Source: the human T2T-CHM13v2.0 reference genome, Homo sapiens
Length of the DNA: 64,000 bases
NCBI RefSeq assembly: GCF_009914755.1
Contig: NC_060928.1
Direction: 5' to 3' (one strand)
Each line of letters begins with the position of its first letter. Position 1 is the first letter of the stretch. The position numbers were made by a program, and so were the translations under genes. The notes under the pieces were generated by a model, which made no database searches, had not been told where the DNA came from, and worked only from the letters and a program-made list of their open reading frames with translations. Positions 13,796-28,321 of the stretch are shown one piece after another.

Positions 13796-16261
13796 TTCTG
13801 GAAAGGCCTTTGCTGTTCAACATATGATGTCACTGTCTCCACGTATCAGAAGTTTCTGCACAACCAGAATGGCGAAGAAGGCTTAGGAAGTCAATCAAAA
13901 TGCTTTTGTAAAATGTGTTTTCTAATTTCCCATTCAATATATGCTCATAAAGTATAATTTGGAACTTAGATGCAGAAATAGAATTTCTCCTCAAATGAGA
14001 CCTCAATACCAAAAGACTGATGTTACATGCCGATTTTCCCATGAATTTATATGTTAGATGTAGTCTTTGACATTTTTTCCTGAAAATGGATATATATCTA
14101 AAATTTGATTTTAAAATCAATTTTTACAAAAAAGCATTAATTGTGAAAAAAGTTAGAAAGCTTTGGTAAATATATTAACATTAAAAATAATATATGTATA
14201 TTATAAAGCTGTGTTTTTATGTAAGGATTTCTTAAAATAGAATGTTATTATAATAGGTATATGTGTTGTAAAATAAAAGTTGCACTTCAGGTTATCTTAA
14301 AACATGACTGGGTTTCAGACTTTACAAATGCTTTACTACAGTATACCAAGAAAGATATTTTGGACTAAATGTATACACATGTTAGGCACTGCATCATACA
14401 CCATTTAAACTGCTTCAACTGTATCTGTCTTATTTTAAAGACTGCACTTGCAAATACTGAGGGTGTATTGAGAATGTTTATCTACCAATTTCCTTTTTTG
14501 CTTGAGAGACAGTACTCAATATTATAAATTACCCCCCTGGTAGAAAATCCATTCCAGGAAAGCCCTCTGAAGTGAATACCTGTTAAACTAGGAGATCTTT
14601 AAAATGAATACATTTTATGATGAGAAAATGAAATTGAAAAATGAAGTACTGAAATAAAATGCCTGATGCTTGTAGAAAAAAAATGACATCTAGTAACAAG
14701 TAAAATTTTCCTATTAAGCCACATCTCATTAAAAACATGTATAGAACAGTAGAGGTGATATGAAATAGCCAGTGTCATGCTCAGGATATATTTGTGCTAT
14801 ATGTAATTGTGCTATTTTAATTCATACAATTAAACTATACTTTTGTAGATCACTTTAAGTAAATGTTAAAAATCTGATATTGTAAACTAAGTTTATGAGA
14901 GGTCATGATTCATGGGTGAGAATTTTTGAGTTGTACCATTGAGCAATGTTCAGATTGAATTATTTCCATTTTCTGTCTGCCCTTGGGGTTCCTCAGCACA
15001 AATATTGTTGAAGAACATGCCTCAGTGGTATTTCCTTATACATACAGGCTTTTCTGGGTGAAAAAACATGTTCTACATATAAAATACACAATAAACAAAT
15101 TGCTTCAGTGTAAGCTTCTCTCATTCCCTTCCTCTTTCCCTCTCTACTTCTTCCTCTGCCTTCTCTCCATCGCTCTGTCTCTCCCCTCCCAGGGAAATTT
15201 TGCTTTTGACAAGTAACTTTTAAAGTGACTCAATGACTGTTTTCTCATTTGAATCTCATGTCATATGCAGTGGAGTTTGTCGAAGAAAGCTGCTCCTGAA
15301 CTGCTGTAATAACAGAAGCTCTACTAACTTGAAGTTTGTAACATAAAAGCACTCTAGGAAGGATGAAATGGCAGCTGGGAACAACACTTTAGGCACCGGA
15401 AGCAATACAGCAGCTGTTGGGGGACAGCATTCCTCTTATAGACGTCCATGTGATTTTCTCAGCCAGGGACACATCTGCAGGGCATTATGAATCTGCCAGA
15501 AGATTAAAAAATTCATTTACACTTTTCGAAATATCTGAGGGAACCATTTGAAGTGTTAGAGTCTTTTGTAGCTTTTACAAGGAGGCCTTTATGGAAGCAA
15601 AAAAAGTCATGTATTGGAAAGACTAGATTTAAATTAACATTTTTTAAAAAGTTCATATTTTAGGACCAGGATAGTAAATTTTAAAAAGTGAAAAGAAAGT
15701 AACATTCTATGAGCTAAAAATGGTTATTGGTAAAAAATTATCAGTGTTCTAAGTCATGTTATAATTTATATATTAATTTCTCTCTCTGTATATCTAAACA
15801 CACACACATATATGTATGCACATATAGTCTCTAAAATATTACATACCTAAAATATTCTGCACAAATGAACATAATTATGTAAATGATATTTATAGAGGGC
15901 TTTTATATTTATCAACAAAACCTATTTAATGTTAATGTGGAACTTCAAAACTGAAAGGTATTATAGGGTAAATATTTTTTAGTAGAGATTGGAAGAACTG
16001 AGTTTTAGAAAATTTGTCTTTGGCGCTACAAAATTACCATAGCAATTGAATACAGTACTTCTATTTCTAAGTTAACACAATGACAAATACAGTGCCTAAT
16101 GCATAATAGTTCTCTTTTTCACACTAAAGAGAGATATTTTAAATGTTAAACATTTTAACATATAATTTTAATTGTCAAAATTATAATATGAAGAATATAA
16201 TTTAGTAACATTAATCATGTAAAATTGGTGAAATACATGAAAATACTTGAAAATTAATTCA

Positions 16262-16815
16262 AATGGCATGTGGCTTTTGATATGATGTGACGGGATCCAT
16301 CATATTCTTGGGGCAAGACAGATAAGCAGTCAACAGGTTACTGCTTAATACCTATGTATTAGAAGTTCAAGAATAAACAAGAAGTGGAGCTCACCTGCCT
16401 CAAAGGAAGGTCGTGATCCATTGTTCAATTTCTCCACAAGAGCCACTTCTCAGCCCCAGAGCTCACGGACTGAGCAGCAGTGATCTCCTGAGCTCCTCTG
16501 AAGAAGGACCGATGGACATTTATTTAGGTAGCTACACATTTGGGAAAGGAGAATACCAGGGCTTTAGAGGATTCTTGGATGCAGAATCTGAGTTGGCACT
16601 GATATTTAAGATCCAAAATGTCCTCCCTGTTAAACTCAGAATTATGTGATCAAGTTATAAACAGAGCTCAGGTCCATCTTAAAGTGGGTCCACTGGATTT
16701 ATGTTGGCAGAACCTTCACCCTTTTTCCTTGATCTGTGGAATGAGAGATAGAAGGAAAGTGAGAAGGAAGCTTCTGAAACTGTACCCTCTCTTTAAAATA
16801 CTTAATCAAGAAGCA
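16262..16815 (+). mobile_element. ERVL internal fragment (end of gag plus aspartic protease), disrupted
   Basis: ORF 16413 encodes FGKGEYQGFRGFLDAESELALI and the next frame QVINRAQVHLKVGP, matching recalled ERV-L pro WGKGNNQTFRGLLDTGSELTLI..QVINGVLAQVRLTVGP. Confidence 0.75.
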
Positions 16816-16829
16816 TTGGTCAGTCACTA

Positions 16830-17046
16830 ACAGAGGCATGAGTTCAAGTTTGCAAGGCAATTTATGTCCCTAACTTCCCTATGAAATTAGACTGAAGCTA
16901 CTTTCTGGAGGATACCACATTCTTGTTATGCTTTTTTCCTCTCCTTTTTCCACTTCCATTTCACCCCTTGGCCTGAAAACACTTCAATAAATCATTTGAA
17001 AGTTACCCTTGACTCAGGCTCTTCCCTAGGGAACGAGATCTCTGAC
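16830..17046 (+). mobile_element. ERVL-class LTR 3' part (LTR16/LTR33-like)
   Basis: Ends cacttcaataaatcatttg...ctcaggctcttccctagggaacgagatctctgaca with AATAAA and terminal CA. Confidence 0.5.
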
Positions 17047-17049
17047 ATT

Positions 17050-17305
17050 TGAAATAGCACACTCCACTCTCTACCTCTTTTGTTTTTTATCCTCTTACCC
17101 ATTTTATTTTTACATAGCTCAAAAGTACTTCATATTATAGTTCTAAGTAGCTATTTTTAAATTTATCTAAATGGACTCTTCCCCTCATTAGACTGTAAGT
17201 TATTCTGAGTGTAGGTACTTTGTATTGTTCACTATGTTAGCCCTCAAAGAATAGAACCTAAACAATACTTGATATTAAAAAATGACAAATAAATGAATAG
17301 ATGAG
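17050..17305 (+). mobile_element. L2 3' end
   Basis: cattagactgtaagtt...tttgtattgttcactatg...aaataaatgaatagatga. Confidence 0.55.
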
Positions 17306-18627
17306 TATGTAAATGATTTGAAAGAGCACATTTTCATTTACTTTATTATTTTGTTGTTCTTTAGTATTATAGGTAGTTCACTAAGTTACTCCTAAGGAAA
17401 ATTCAGTTGCTCAATTTAACAAGTTCTTTTTTTTTTTTTTTTTTGTAATCCTATTGCGTATGTAGATTCAAGTAGAATCAATAAAATATTTTGAATTAAA
17501 TTATATAAACTCTAAGTGAGAATTAGGGGGTTTATATGAACACACATTTAACTTTAGTTTTATACTTAGATTATTTTTCCATATTCACAAAATGAGTTAT
17601 TTCCTTTTTATGTTTCTAATCTGTGTCTTCAGTATTCTAGCCTTACATGCTACAATCTACCTCCTCTTGGAAACATAGCATGTTCTGAATTGCTCCCTGT
17701 TGGTTAATAGTCATTTTATAAATGGAATAGTATAATCTTTAACTATCCCGAGATGCCATCAATTTTAAAAATTTCAACCTTTTACACATTTAAGCTTCTG
17801 AAACTCAGTGTAAGGTGGTGGATACATTTTACTATACTCAGTAAATCATAAAACTCCAGTAATTTCTGGAATCAAATTTTTGAAATCATTGTAATTTTTA
17901 TAGCAATATTATCTTATATCAAGATTTCCTTTTTTCACTTAAACTAATTGATTGAATTATTTCTCTACATATTTTATAGTAACTGGCCTTTAAAATAGAG
18001 TGAGATAACTTTAAAATATAGTGTATTAAATCAAGAAGATGGCATATATTGAGAGAAAGCAGACACTTTGAGTTTATCTCAAGCTGTCATGCATATTATA
18101 AAGCCTAAAGATTTAAGAAATGAAACAGTATTACTCGGTGGGAGAGTGGAGGCAATAAGAACATGAACTAAACAATTCAGATTTTTTAAAGGTACCTCTA
18201 AACAATCAAGGCCAATAGTAGAGGCATTGGAACTAATTTGGCATCCCAACTCTGCTATTATCTAACTATGTAATCTGGGATATAAGTAATGCCATTTATA
18301 AAATGATTTTATTTGGTGAATGTTGCATGAATGATTTTATATATAAATTCCTATTGTGTTTTTACATCACCTTATTCTTCCCTGTAACTCCATACAAGCG
18401 CCCATTTGAGCCACAAAGTCATGTTAGTCAAGCCAGTGAATGGAAACTGTACATGCTTGAATTTTAAGTCACAGTCCACAGGTAAAATTAGGAGTTCGGG
18501 AAGAATACTTTCTGGGTAAGTTGTTCCCATACTATAAGAAATTGAAACTCTGGGCTGAGGTTTAGACATGAGAATGACAGGAAATCAAAGTAGACCACAG
18601 TGAATGAAGAGGCTTTGTGCTCTGACT

Positions 18628-18728
18628 TGTCAACCCTGAGCCTTAGCATCCAGGTTTGGGATAATAAAACTCAGATATGTCAACCCTGAGCCTTAGCATC
18701 CAAGTTTGGGATAATAAAATCTCAGATA
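18628..18728. repeat. 50-bp tandem duplication (2 copies)
   Basis: tgtcaaccctgagccttagcatcca(g/a)gtttgggataataaaa(t)ctcagata at 18628-18677 and 18678-18728. Confidence 0.95.
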
Positions 18729-18869
18729 AGTTTGCGCATCTGAGAGTATAAAGGAGCCCTTGCTCTCCAGAAGTGTCAGTTAAACCTAAAAATGGCAGCC
18801 TTGCAAATGCTCTGGGGTGTCATTGTGGCATGAGAGCAAGAGAAGATAGATGGTTATCAGAGTTGGATG

Positions 18870-18986
18870 TAGGATAATTATATAGTTTAGTTTGCCCAGG
18901 ACATTTATGATTTACATCTGCTTTTCAGTAACATTTATCCATGACAGCATGTCCTAGTTTTGGCTGATAAATTAGATAATCACTCA
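18870..18986. mobile_element. Short hAT DNA transposon, MER81-like
   Basis: taggataattatatag..gtttgcccaggaca ... tgtcctagttttggctgataaattagataatcactca resembles the recalled MER81 inverted ends. Confidence 0.55.
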
Positions 18987-19126
18987 AGTTCTAAGTGGCA
19001 AATAGGATTTGAAGTAGCCCTATCAAGTTCCCTATAGCCCTCAAGATGGATAAAAATGTGGCTTCATTCTATTGTGCTTCAGTAAATTAAAGGAGACAAA
19101 ACAGTTGAAAGAGGCATACATATGTA

Positions 19127-21455
<2,329 letters not shown>

Positions 21456-21869
21456 CCCTGGATGCAAAAAGCTGTAGAGGGGACTAGACTAAATTAAAGG
21501 TACTAAACCTGAAATGACAGTGTTTATCTGAGATTTAATAAGATCATAGTTTTGATGATTACTTGAAATAAAAGTTTGAGACAAAAACTAAGTTCAGTTA
21601 CAGTAAAAAATAAAAATAAAAAAATATGGATTGAGAAAAGTGTACCCACTGCAAGTGTTTTTCAAACTATTCTCTGAAGAGGTGTACAGGTCTAGGCCCT
21701 CAGAAAGATATCAAGGGCAAAGGGGTGACTTGGGTGAGAGATCTGAGCTCATCACCCCTTCCTTAAACAGTTTGATTCTGTTCCTACTTATTCTAACTAT
21801 TTTAATTAAAGAAAAGATTTAACTACTAAAATAAAACAATTGATTTCATTTGTTACTTTTCTATTTTTC

Positions 21870-22375
21870 TCACAGCCCATAAGTGACCCAAGTCCTACTG
21901 CTTCTATTTTCAAAAATACATCCAGACTCTGATCATTTCCTACTAGCCCCACTGTTAGCTACCATGTTCCAAACCGTTATCATTCCTCACTCACATTATT
22001 GCAATAACCTCCCAGCTGGTCCTCTTTGATACTCTTGTTACCGTATAGTCTATTCTCAACAGAATAGCCTGAATAATGCTTTTAAAAAGATAAGTCAAGA
22101 CAGTTCACTTTTGTGCTTATGACTCTTCAATGATATCTTATCACTTAGGCTCTCTCCAGCTTGCTCCATAATGATATCACAAGGCCCTGTGTAAGCTGAA
22201 CCCTTCTACATACTCTGACCCTTTTCCAAGTTTCTTTTGCTGTCTCTGCATTACCTGTTCTCTGGGCATCTATGCCGTTTGCACAAACATGCTAATCATG
22301 CTTCCATTTTGGGACTTTTGCATTTCATGTTTGCTATGACTAGCCCCTCCTTGCTCCAGAGTAGGCACTCAAAAG
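21870..22375 (+). mobile_element. L2 fragment
   Basis: ttcaaaaatacatccagactctgatcatttcc...attattgcaataacctcccagctggtc...gtctattctcaacagaatagcc. Confidence 0.7.
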
Positions 22376-22991
22376 TAAGTTTAATTACCATTAAACCACA
22401 TGATTTCTAAGAATACTTTTATAACTTAAGGTCTGTAACTATAAGAAATTGTTGCTTTGGAATACCTGAAATTGAACCAGATGCTTTTTTTCAAACACTG
22501 TAAGGATGATGGACTCTGCTGTTTCTGTTTTGGTGCTAAAGTGTTAATTTCAAAATTGTCTATTTTGTCTCTTGATAGGGAAATATTGGACGATTGATGT
22601 CAATACCAAACAAGCTACAAATAGTTTGCATTCAACTACCAATATTTGTAGGAGAAGGATACCACTGCTAACTTACATTATGTAGCAAAGAATTTAAAAA
22701 TTGCACTGCTGTTAAAATTTACAAACTTTGTAATTTTCACCATAATAAATTCAAAGATTACTGTCTTATGTTCATGGTACCAAATTCACTCCTATACATT
22801 TTACTTATTTAGGTGTTACTTATAACAGTTGGCTTTAATATCATGCCAAAATATTACCATTCAAAATTGTTCAGCAGCTATATGTTATTCCTAGAAGTAG
22901 ACACTTAAATGTTAATTTGTCAAGAAACTCATGTTCTATTGGTCAAGTCAGTTAACTTTTTGAGGACTCAATTAATTTATTTTCTTTAAGT

Positions 22992-23950
22992 TGTAGGCAG
23001 CCACAAAAATATCACCAATGATCCTCACCTCCCAGCATGAATGCCCTTGTATAATTCTGTCCCCTTGACTGTGAGCTGGACTTAAATGAATTCATTTCTG
23101 AGGAATAGAATACAAGGAGAAGTGTTGGGTAGGCAATTCTGACATCAGGCATGAAAAACTCTATGACTTCTGTCTTAAGTGTTTCTCATTTTTTATTACA
23201 TTTGCTTGTTCTGGGAGAAGTCAGTTTTCATGTCCCGAAGCAGCCTGTGGAGAGTCCCACATGAGTGAACTTGGAAGCAGATATGAACCTTGTCAACAGG
23301 TATATGAGTGAGTTTGGACATAGATCCTTGAGAACTAAGAGCCATGTAAGTGGATTTAGAAGTGATCTTCTCTTCATTGACCCATGAGATGGCAGCACCT
23401 GTCTTAGTCAATTTGAGCTGTTCTAACAAAATACCATAAACCAAGTGGCTTATAAACAACATAAATTTATTTGTCACAGTTCTGGAGGCTAGAAGTCCAA
23501 GAGAAGGGTGCCAGAATTGTCAGACTCTGGTGAGAGTGCTCTTCAGGGTTGCAGACTGCCAATTTCTTGTTGTATCCTCACATACAGGATAGCAGAAAGG
23601 AGACACAAGCTCTCTGTAACTCTTAGACTCTTATAAGGGCACAATTCCCATTTGTATTAGTCTGTTTTCATATCAGCATTAGTCCTTTCATAAGGGCTCT
23701 ATCCTTATGACCATACCAAATCCTAATTACTTCCCAAAGGCCACACTTTCTAAAACCATCACACTGGGAAGGGAGTAAAGTTTCAACATATGAATTTTGG
23801 AGGAACACAAACTTCCAGTCTATAACACACCTGATGTCACATACGGTTGCAGCCTCATGAGAGACACTGAGACATAAATACCCAGCTAAACTATTTTCGA
23901 ATCTCTAGCTCTCAGAATCTATGAAATATTAAATGATTGTTGTTATCATA
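22992..23950 (+). mobile_element. MaLR LTR (MLT1F/G-like), split by a nested MLT1A
   Basis: tgtaggcagccacaaaaatatcaccaatgatcctcacctccc...gcagcctgtggagagtcccacatg; resumes after 23827 with ttgcagcctcatgagagacactgag..cccagctaa. Confidence 0.7.
23400..23827 (-). mobile_element. MaLR LTR, MLT1A-like, nested
   Basis: tgtcttagtcaatttgagctg..ataccataaac..cacagttctggaggctagaagtccaag...tttcaacatatgaattttggaggaacacaaac..tataaca; flanked by cacc on both sides. Confidence 0.85.
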
Positions 23951-25856
23951 TGTATGGATATCCCATCTAGGAATATGTTACCTAAGGATGACATTATTGA
24001 TTACTATAAGATTTTTTCTTCTGTCTCTGAAATCTCTCTTTGCTTTTCTAACTATAATCAGACTAGAACATAGGAATTGCCATTTTCACCAGACTGTAAA
24101 AATAGTGAACTTGAGAAGACATGTGATTTTGCATTGTGATAAATCTGTTAAATGGCTAATTTAGCATATAAAATATGTTTAACATATGCAAAATTGTCCT
24201 AAAATCGCTAGTCTTTTTAAAAAAGTGAATTTCTTAAATCATTCGCCCAACTTTAGTCTGAAGTAAAATTAAGACAACCAAGTTAGAGTGACTGCTCTAG
24301 CCCTCTTGCATAAGAAGGTCACTTAAAGGAGACTTGGTTCAATTTAGATCTAGGCTGCCTCAAAAGGACAGCAGTAGACAGACTGGTCAGAAGGCAGCAG
24401 CCTTGATCTTCATGACTCTTGTCCTTACATTTCCAGCTTACACCAATGCCCTTTGAAATAACATGCCTTGATCTGTCTGGTCCATCCACATTGCTACAGT
24501 TTTAATTGGTCAAATTCCCTTGATATCAATCCCTCACTCATGGCCTTGCTATATTATGGCTCTCGTACCAGGAGCCTCTAGCATCACTGATCCTTTCATT
24601 TGTATAAAAGGAGAAATCTTTCAACATTATTTATATAACTAGCACCTCCATGGGTCAAAGCACCAGCTTGCAACATCAGCTTTCTTCCAATCTTTTAAAG
24701 CCTTTATGAGATTACAGGAGCTTCACTATTTTCATCTTTACCACTTTCTCATAGCTAAACCTCAGTATGGATTTATATACATGGATACATGCAGACAAAT
24801 ACATATGCTGATACACACGTGCATATAAATATGAGAATTTTCTTCTTGTTTCTAGCTGTAGTCAGTGTAATAATTATCTGACAGTTCATAAAATAAGTAA
24901 ATTTTTTTACTATATAACAGATGACACCTTATATTAAAGTGTACATAAGGAATAACTTAACTATAGGCTAAAATTAATCAGTTCTGTTTTTCTGTCCCTA
25001 TTGAAATCAGTAATAAAATGTTTTGTCTAGTCACACATACATACACACACACCTACACACACATTTCTCCTTGGAGAACATTTAGCAACAACTATCTTCT
25101 ATTTGTTCGGGCATTTTCATAAGCAAATCATCTTTACAGTTCTTTAGTAGTAGTCTCCAAAGTGCATTTCTTGGATTATTGTTTTGTTAGGTGTTGACAT
25201 ACTATATACTAATAATCCTCAGGTTATGTGTGTTTGGAAAATACACAGTTAAAAAAGGGAAATAGATTCTGTTATTTCAGGAATACCAGATGTTAATAGA
25301 TTTTTATTAAATAACTGTAAGCCTGTTAAAATTAACATAAGCCTATTAAAATTTAATTATTAATGTGCAATGGAAACTATGGGATACCATATTATTAAAA
25401 TGAAACGATAAAGAACATTTAGGAGAACTAAAAAACAATTCTAGAAGAGACATTTAAAGCAAAAGTAGATCGCTCATGGTCAGCATCATTTAACTATTCA
25501 GCAACTGGAAGTCAGTTTTGGGTGAGGCACCTCAGTGAGCATCTAGCTATTATTCATCAGGAGCCTCAGGATGGGAGCAAGGTTTTACTTAAACACTTTT
25601 AAATTACATAGTGACGTGCATGGCTTACAAAAATGAGATATTGTTGTATTAGAATACTTTCTTACATAACAATATTTTATCATAGAAGTCCACTTGATAA
25701 TGTAAGATTCCTTGATGAATTGATTCTTGTAGGTGAATATTAATATACACACTAAGGACGATCAGTAAATACTTGTCTAATAAAAATGACCAGAATCCTG
25801 AGAGGGTCCAACATTCCTTTCTCTGTTGATCTTATCTCTTAAATATTTCTCCAGTT

Positions 25857-26144
25857 GGCTGGGGGCGGTGGCTCACGCCTGTAATACCAGCACTTTGGGA
25901 GGCCCAGGCGGGTGGATCACGAGGTCGGGAGATTACGACCATCCTGGCTAACACGGCGAAACCCCGCCTCCCCTAAAAAAAAAATACAAAAAAAAATTAG
26001 CTGGGCATGGTGGTGGGCGCTTGTAGTCCCAGCTACTCGGAGGCTGAGGCAGGAGAATGGCGTGAACCAAGGAGGCGGAGCTTGCAGTGAGCGGAGATTG
26101 AGCCACTGCACTCCAGCTTGGGCGATGGAGCGAGACTCTGCCTC

Positions 26145-26160
<16 letters not shown>
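25857..26160 (+). mobile_element. AluY with target-site duplication
   Basis: ggatcacgaggtc..accatcctggctaacacgg..gaatggcgtgaacc..ggagcttgcagtgag; TSD atatttctccagt at 25843-25855 and 26182-26194. Confidence 0.95.
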
Positions 26161-26182
<22 letters not shown>

Positions 26183-26185
26183 TAT
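26160..26185. repeat. (TA)n microsatellite at the AluY tail
   Basis: About 12 TA units between the poly-A and the TSD. Confidence 0.95.
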
Positions 26186-27538
26186 TTCTCCAGTCTTAGC
26201 ACCATCTCCTTTGCCCAAGTTCATGTCTTTATTTCCCACCTTTAAAATTAATTTTTATTTCCAACCTAGACTGTTTTTCCTATGTAATTTTGCATGCAGC
26301 TTTATTCTCTACATTGCATTTTCTACTTTGTCACCAGAATTTTTTTTAATGCAAATGTGATTATATTGCTTTCATGTTTATTTGCAGTGGCTCTGTGCAC
26401 CTACAGGGTGCAGTCCAAATTCATATGTTGAATGCATATGTTTATAGTTCAGCTATTTCATGACTTTATGCTTTTACACCTACTCTCCTGACACCTCAAA
26501 TGCCCTCTTCAGTTCAGTAGTTCCAGGTTCCTAGAACTACTTTTAAAAAGTCAAGGTTTCTAGAAACATAAAGAGGGAAACACTCTTCAAGACATACATG
26601 GAAGCTTTTAACATGCTTGCTTTTAAAATGAGCCGATATTTAAATTCTTAAGAATACTTTTATGTTCTCTTTTGTTCTTTGAAACAACTTCAAACATTCT
26701 CAACAAATTTGAATTGTGAATAGTTCTCATAGTTCTAGGAAATAAAATGAAAATGTTATTAACCATTTCTCCCTCCTGAGGGACATGGGAGAACTAGAGG
26801 GGAGTAAGGACCACAATAGTTTAATGAAGACATGAAATGTGAAATACCAAGTTAAATAGTTCTTAATAATATGACTAACATAGTATGTTTGCAATTGATA
26901 TTTTATTGTGATGTAAATCCTTCAGACACTTTCTCACATAAATATTAAAATATGCTTTTAAACTATTTCCTGAAAGGGCTTGTATTTAAGCTATGTTCTA
27001 AAAGGGCTTTCCAGATCTGAAGTTAGACAAAACTATTACCCTCATCAATCAGGAAAAAAAAAACAAAAAACAAAAAAACAAGCAAAAAACAATGTTTTAT
27101 AGTGGCAGCACCACCTCCTGATACCTCATTTTCCTACTTAGTTACCACAGCACAGATCCATTTCTCCTGAGCTTATTAAAATATTTGTATGTGTAGTATT
27201 CTTGAATGAATTAATCAAGAGGAGGGGTAGTGGCACATACAGAGAGGGTATTTGGTATCATAAGAATGTCAGTCACTGAGAGACACTTATAGAAACTTCA
27301 CCGAATTAAGTGGATGTGAATCCTCAGTTACATCAGTCAAAGATGCTAAATCAGAAGGGACTTCTGATTTCTTGTGAAGACAAGATCAGGGAGCATTGGT
27401 AGTCATTTCAGACAGCCTTGCTTGGCCTGTCTTCTCTAAAGTGGGGCATCCTTCAGGGCTGTATTTCCACGTGCTTCCCCTCAAAATTATAGTAAAACAC
27501 TAGGTGCTGTTTTTACATGCAATAACAAGTTTGAGCTC

Positions 27539-28241
27539 TGTTCAGCTGGAACTTCCATCTTCCAGTGATCCACCAACATGACAAACACAAAAAGAAAGAA
27601 GAAGGACACCCATTGTATGCTCTCTAGGCATTTTAGAAAACTTGCAATTTTTCCTTTGGCCATATACCTATGAGTCTACAAGAAAGGAAATATTGTATAC
27701 ATCAAGGGAATGAGCACTGATCAGAAAGAAATGCCCGCAGATGTTACCGTGACAAAACTAGAAGAGTCTACAATGTTACCCAGGATGCTGTTGTCATCTT
27801 GGTAAATAAGCAAGTTAAAGCCAAGATTCTTGCAAAGAGAACTAATGTAGGTATTGGGTGTATTAAGCACTCTAAGAGCTAAGATAGTTTTCTAAAATCT
27901 GTGAGGGAAAATCAGAAAAAGAAGGAAGCCAAATAGAAAGGTACCTAGGTTCACCTGAAGAATCAGCCTGCTCCACCCTGAGAAACACACTTTGAGAACC
28001 AGTCGAAAGAGGCTTAAGCTGTTGGAACCTATTCTCTATGAATTCATGCCATAACAGCATAAATAAAATGCATAAAATAACAAGTTTTGGATTCCAAAGT
28101 TAGCTCTTTTATTTTTCTCTTAATTAAATAGAAGTGTGGTGTTTCCTCCCCCAAAAGAGTATTTAAAGCAAACTTGGTGTCCTAATTCATTGGGTGATGT
28201 CCTTAATTTTAAAATTTAGTGCCATTCTTGCTGGGAAAGGA
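27539..28241 (+). pseudogene. RPL21P: Processed pseudogene of ribosomal protein L21 (eL21), intronless and disabled
   Basis: ATG at 27578 translates [52 protein letters not shown] versus RPL21 [53 protein letters not shown]; ends LLEPILYEFMP* at 28054; premature TGA at 27671 plus frameshifts; 5'UTR-like ccatcttccagt; direct repeat aagtttgagctc at 27527-27538 and 28242-28253. Confidence 0.95.
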
Positions 28242-28265
28242 AAGTTTGAGCTCATTTCTGGCCTG

Positions 28266-28321
28266 CATAGAACAATATGATTCAAACATAGAACAATATG
28301 ATTCAAGCATAGAACAATATG
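28266..28321. repeat. 21-bp tandem repeat, about 2.7 copies
   Basis: catagaacaatatgattcaa(a/g) twice plus catagaacaatatg. Confidence 0.95.

Noticed and set aside
28266-28321. Short direct repeats as a CRISPR-like array (also 18628 and 29651)
   Set aside because: Head-to-tail copies without unique spacers, no cas genes, and a eukaryotic context.
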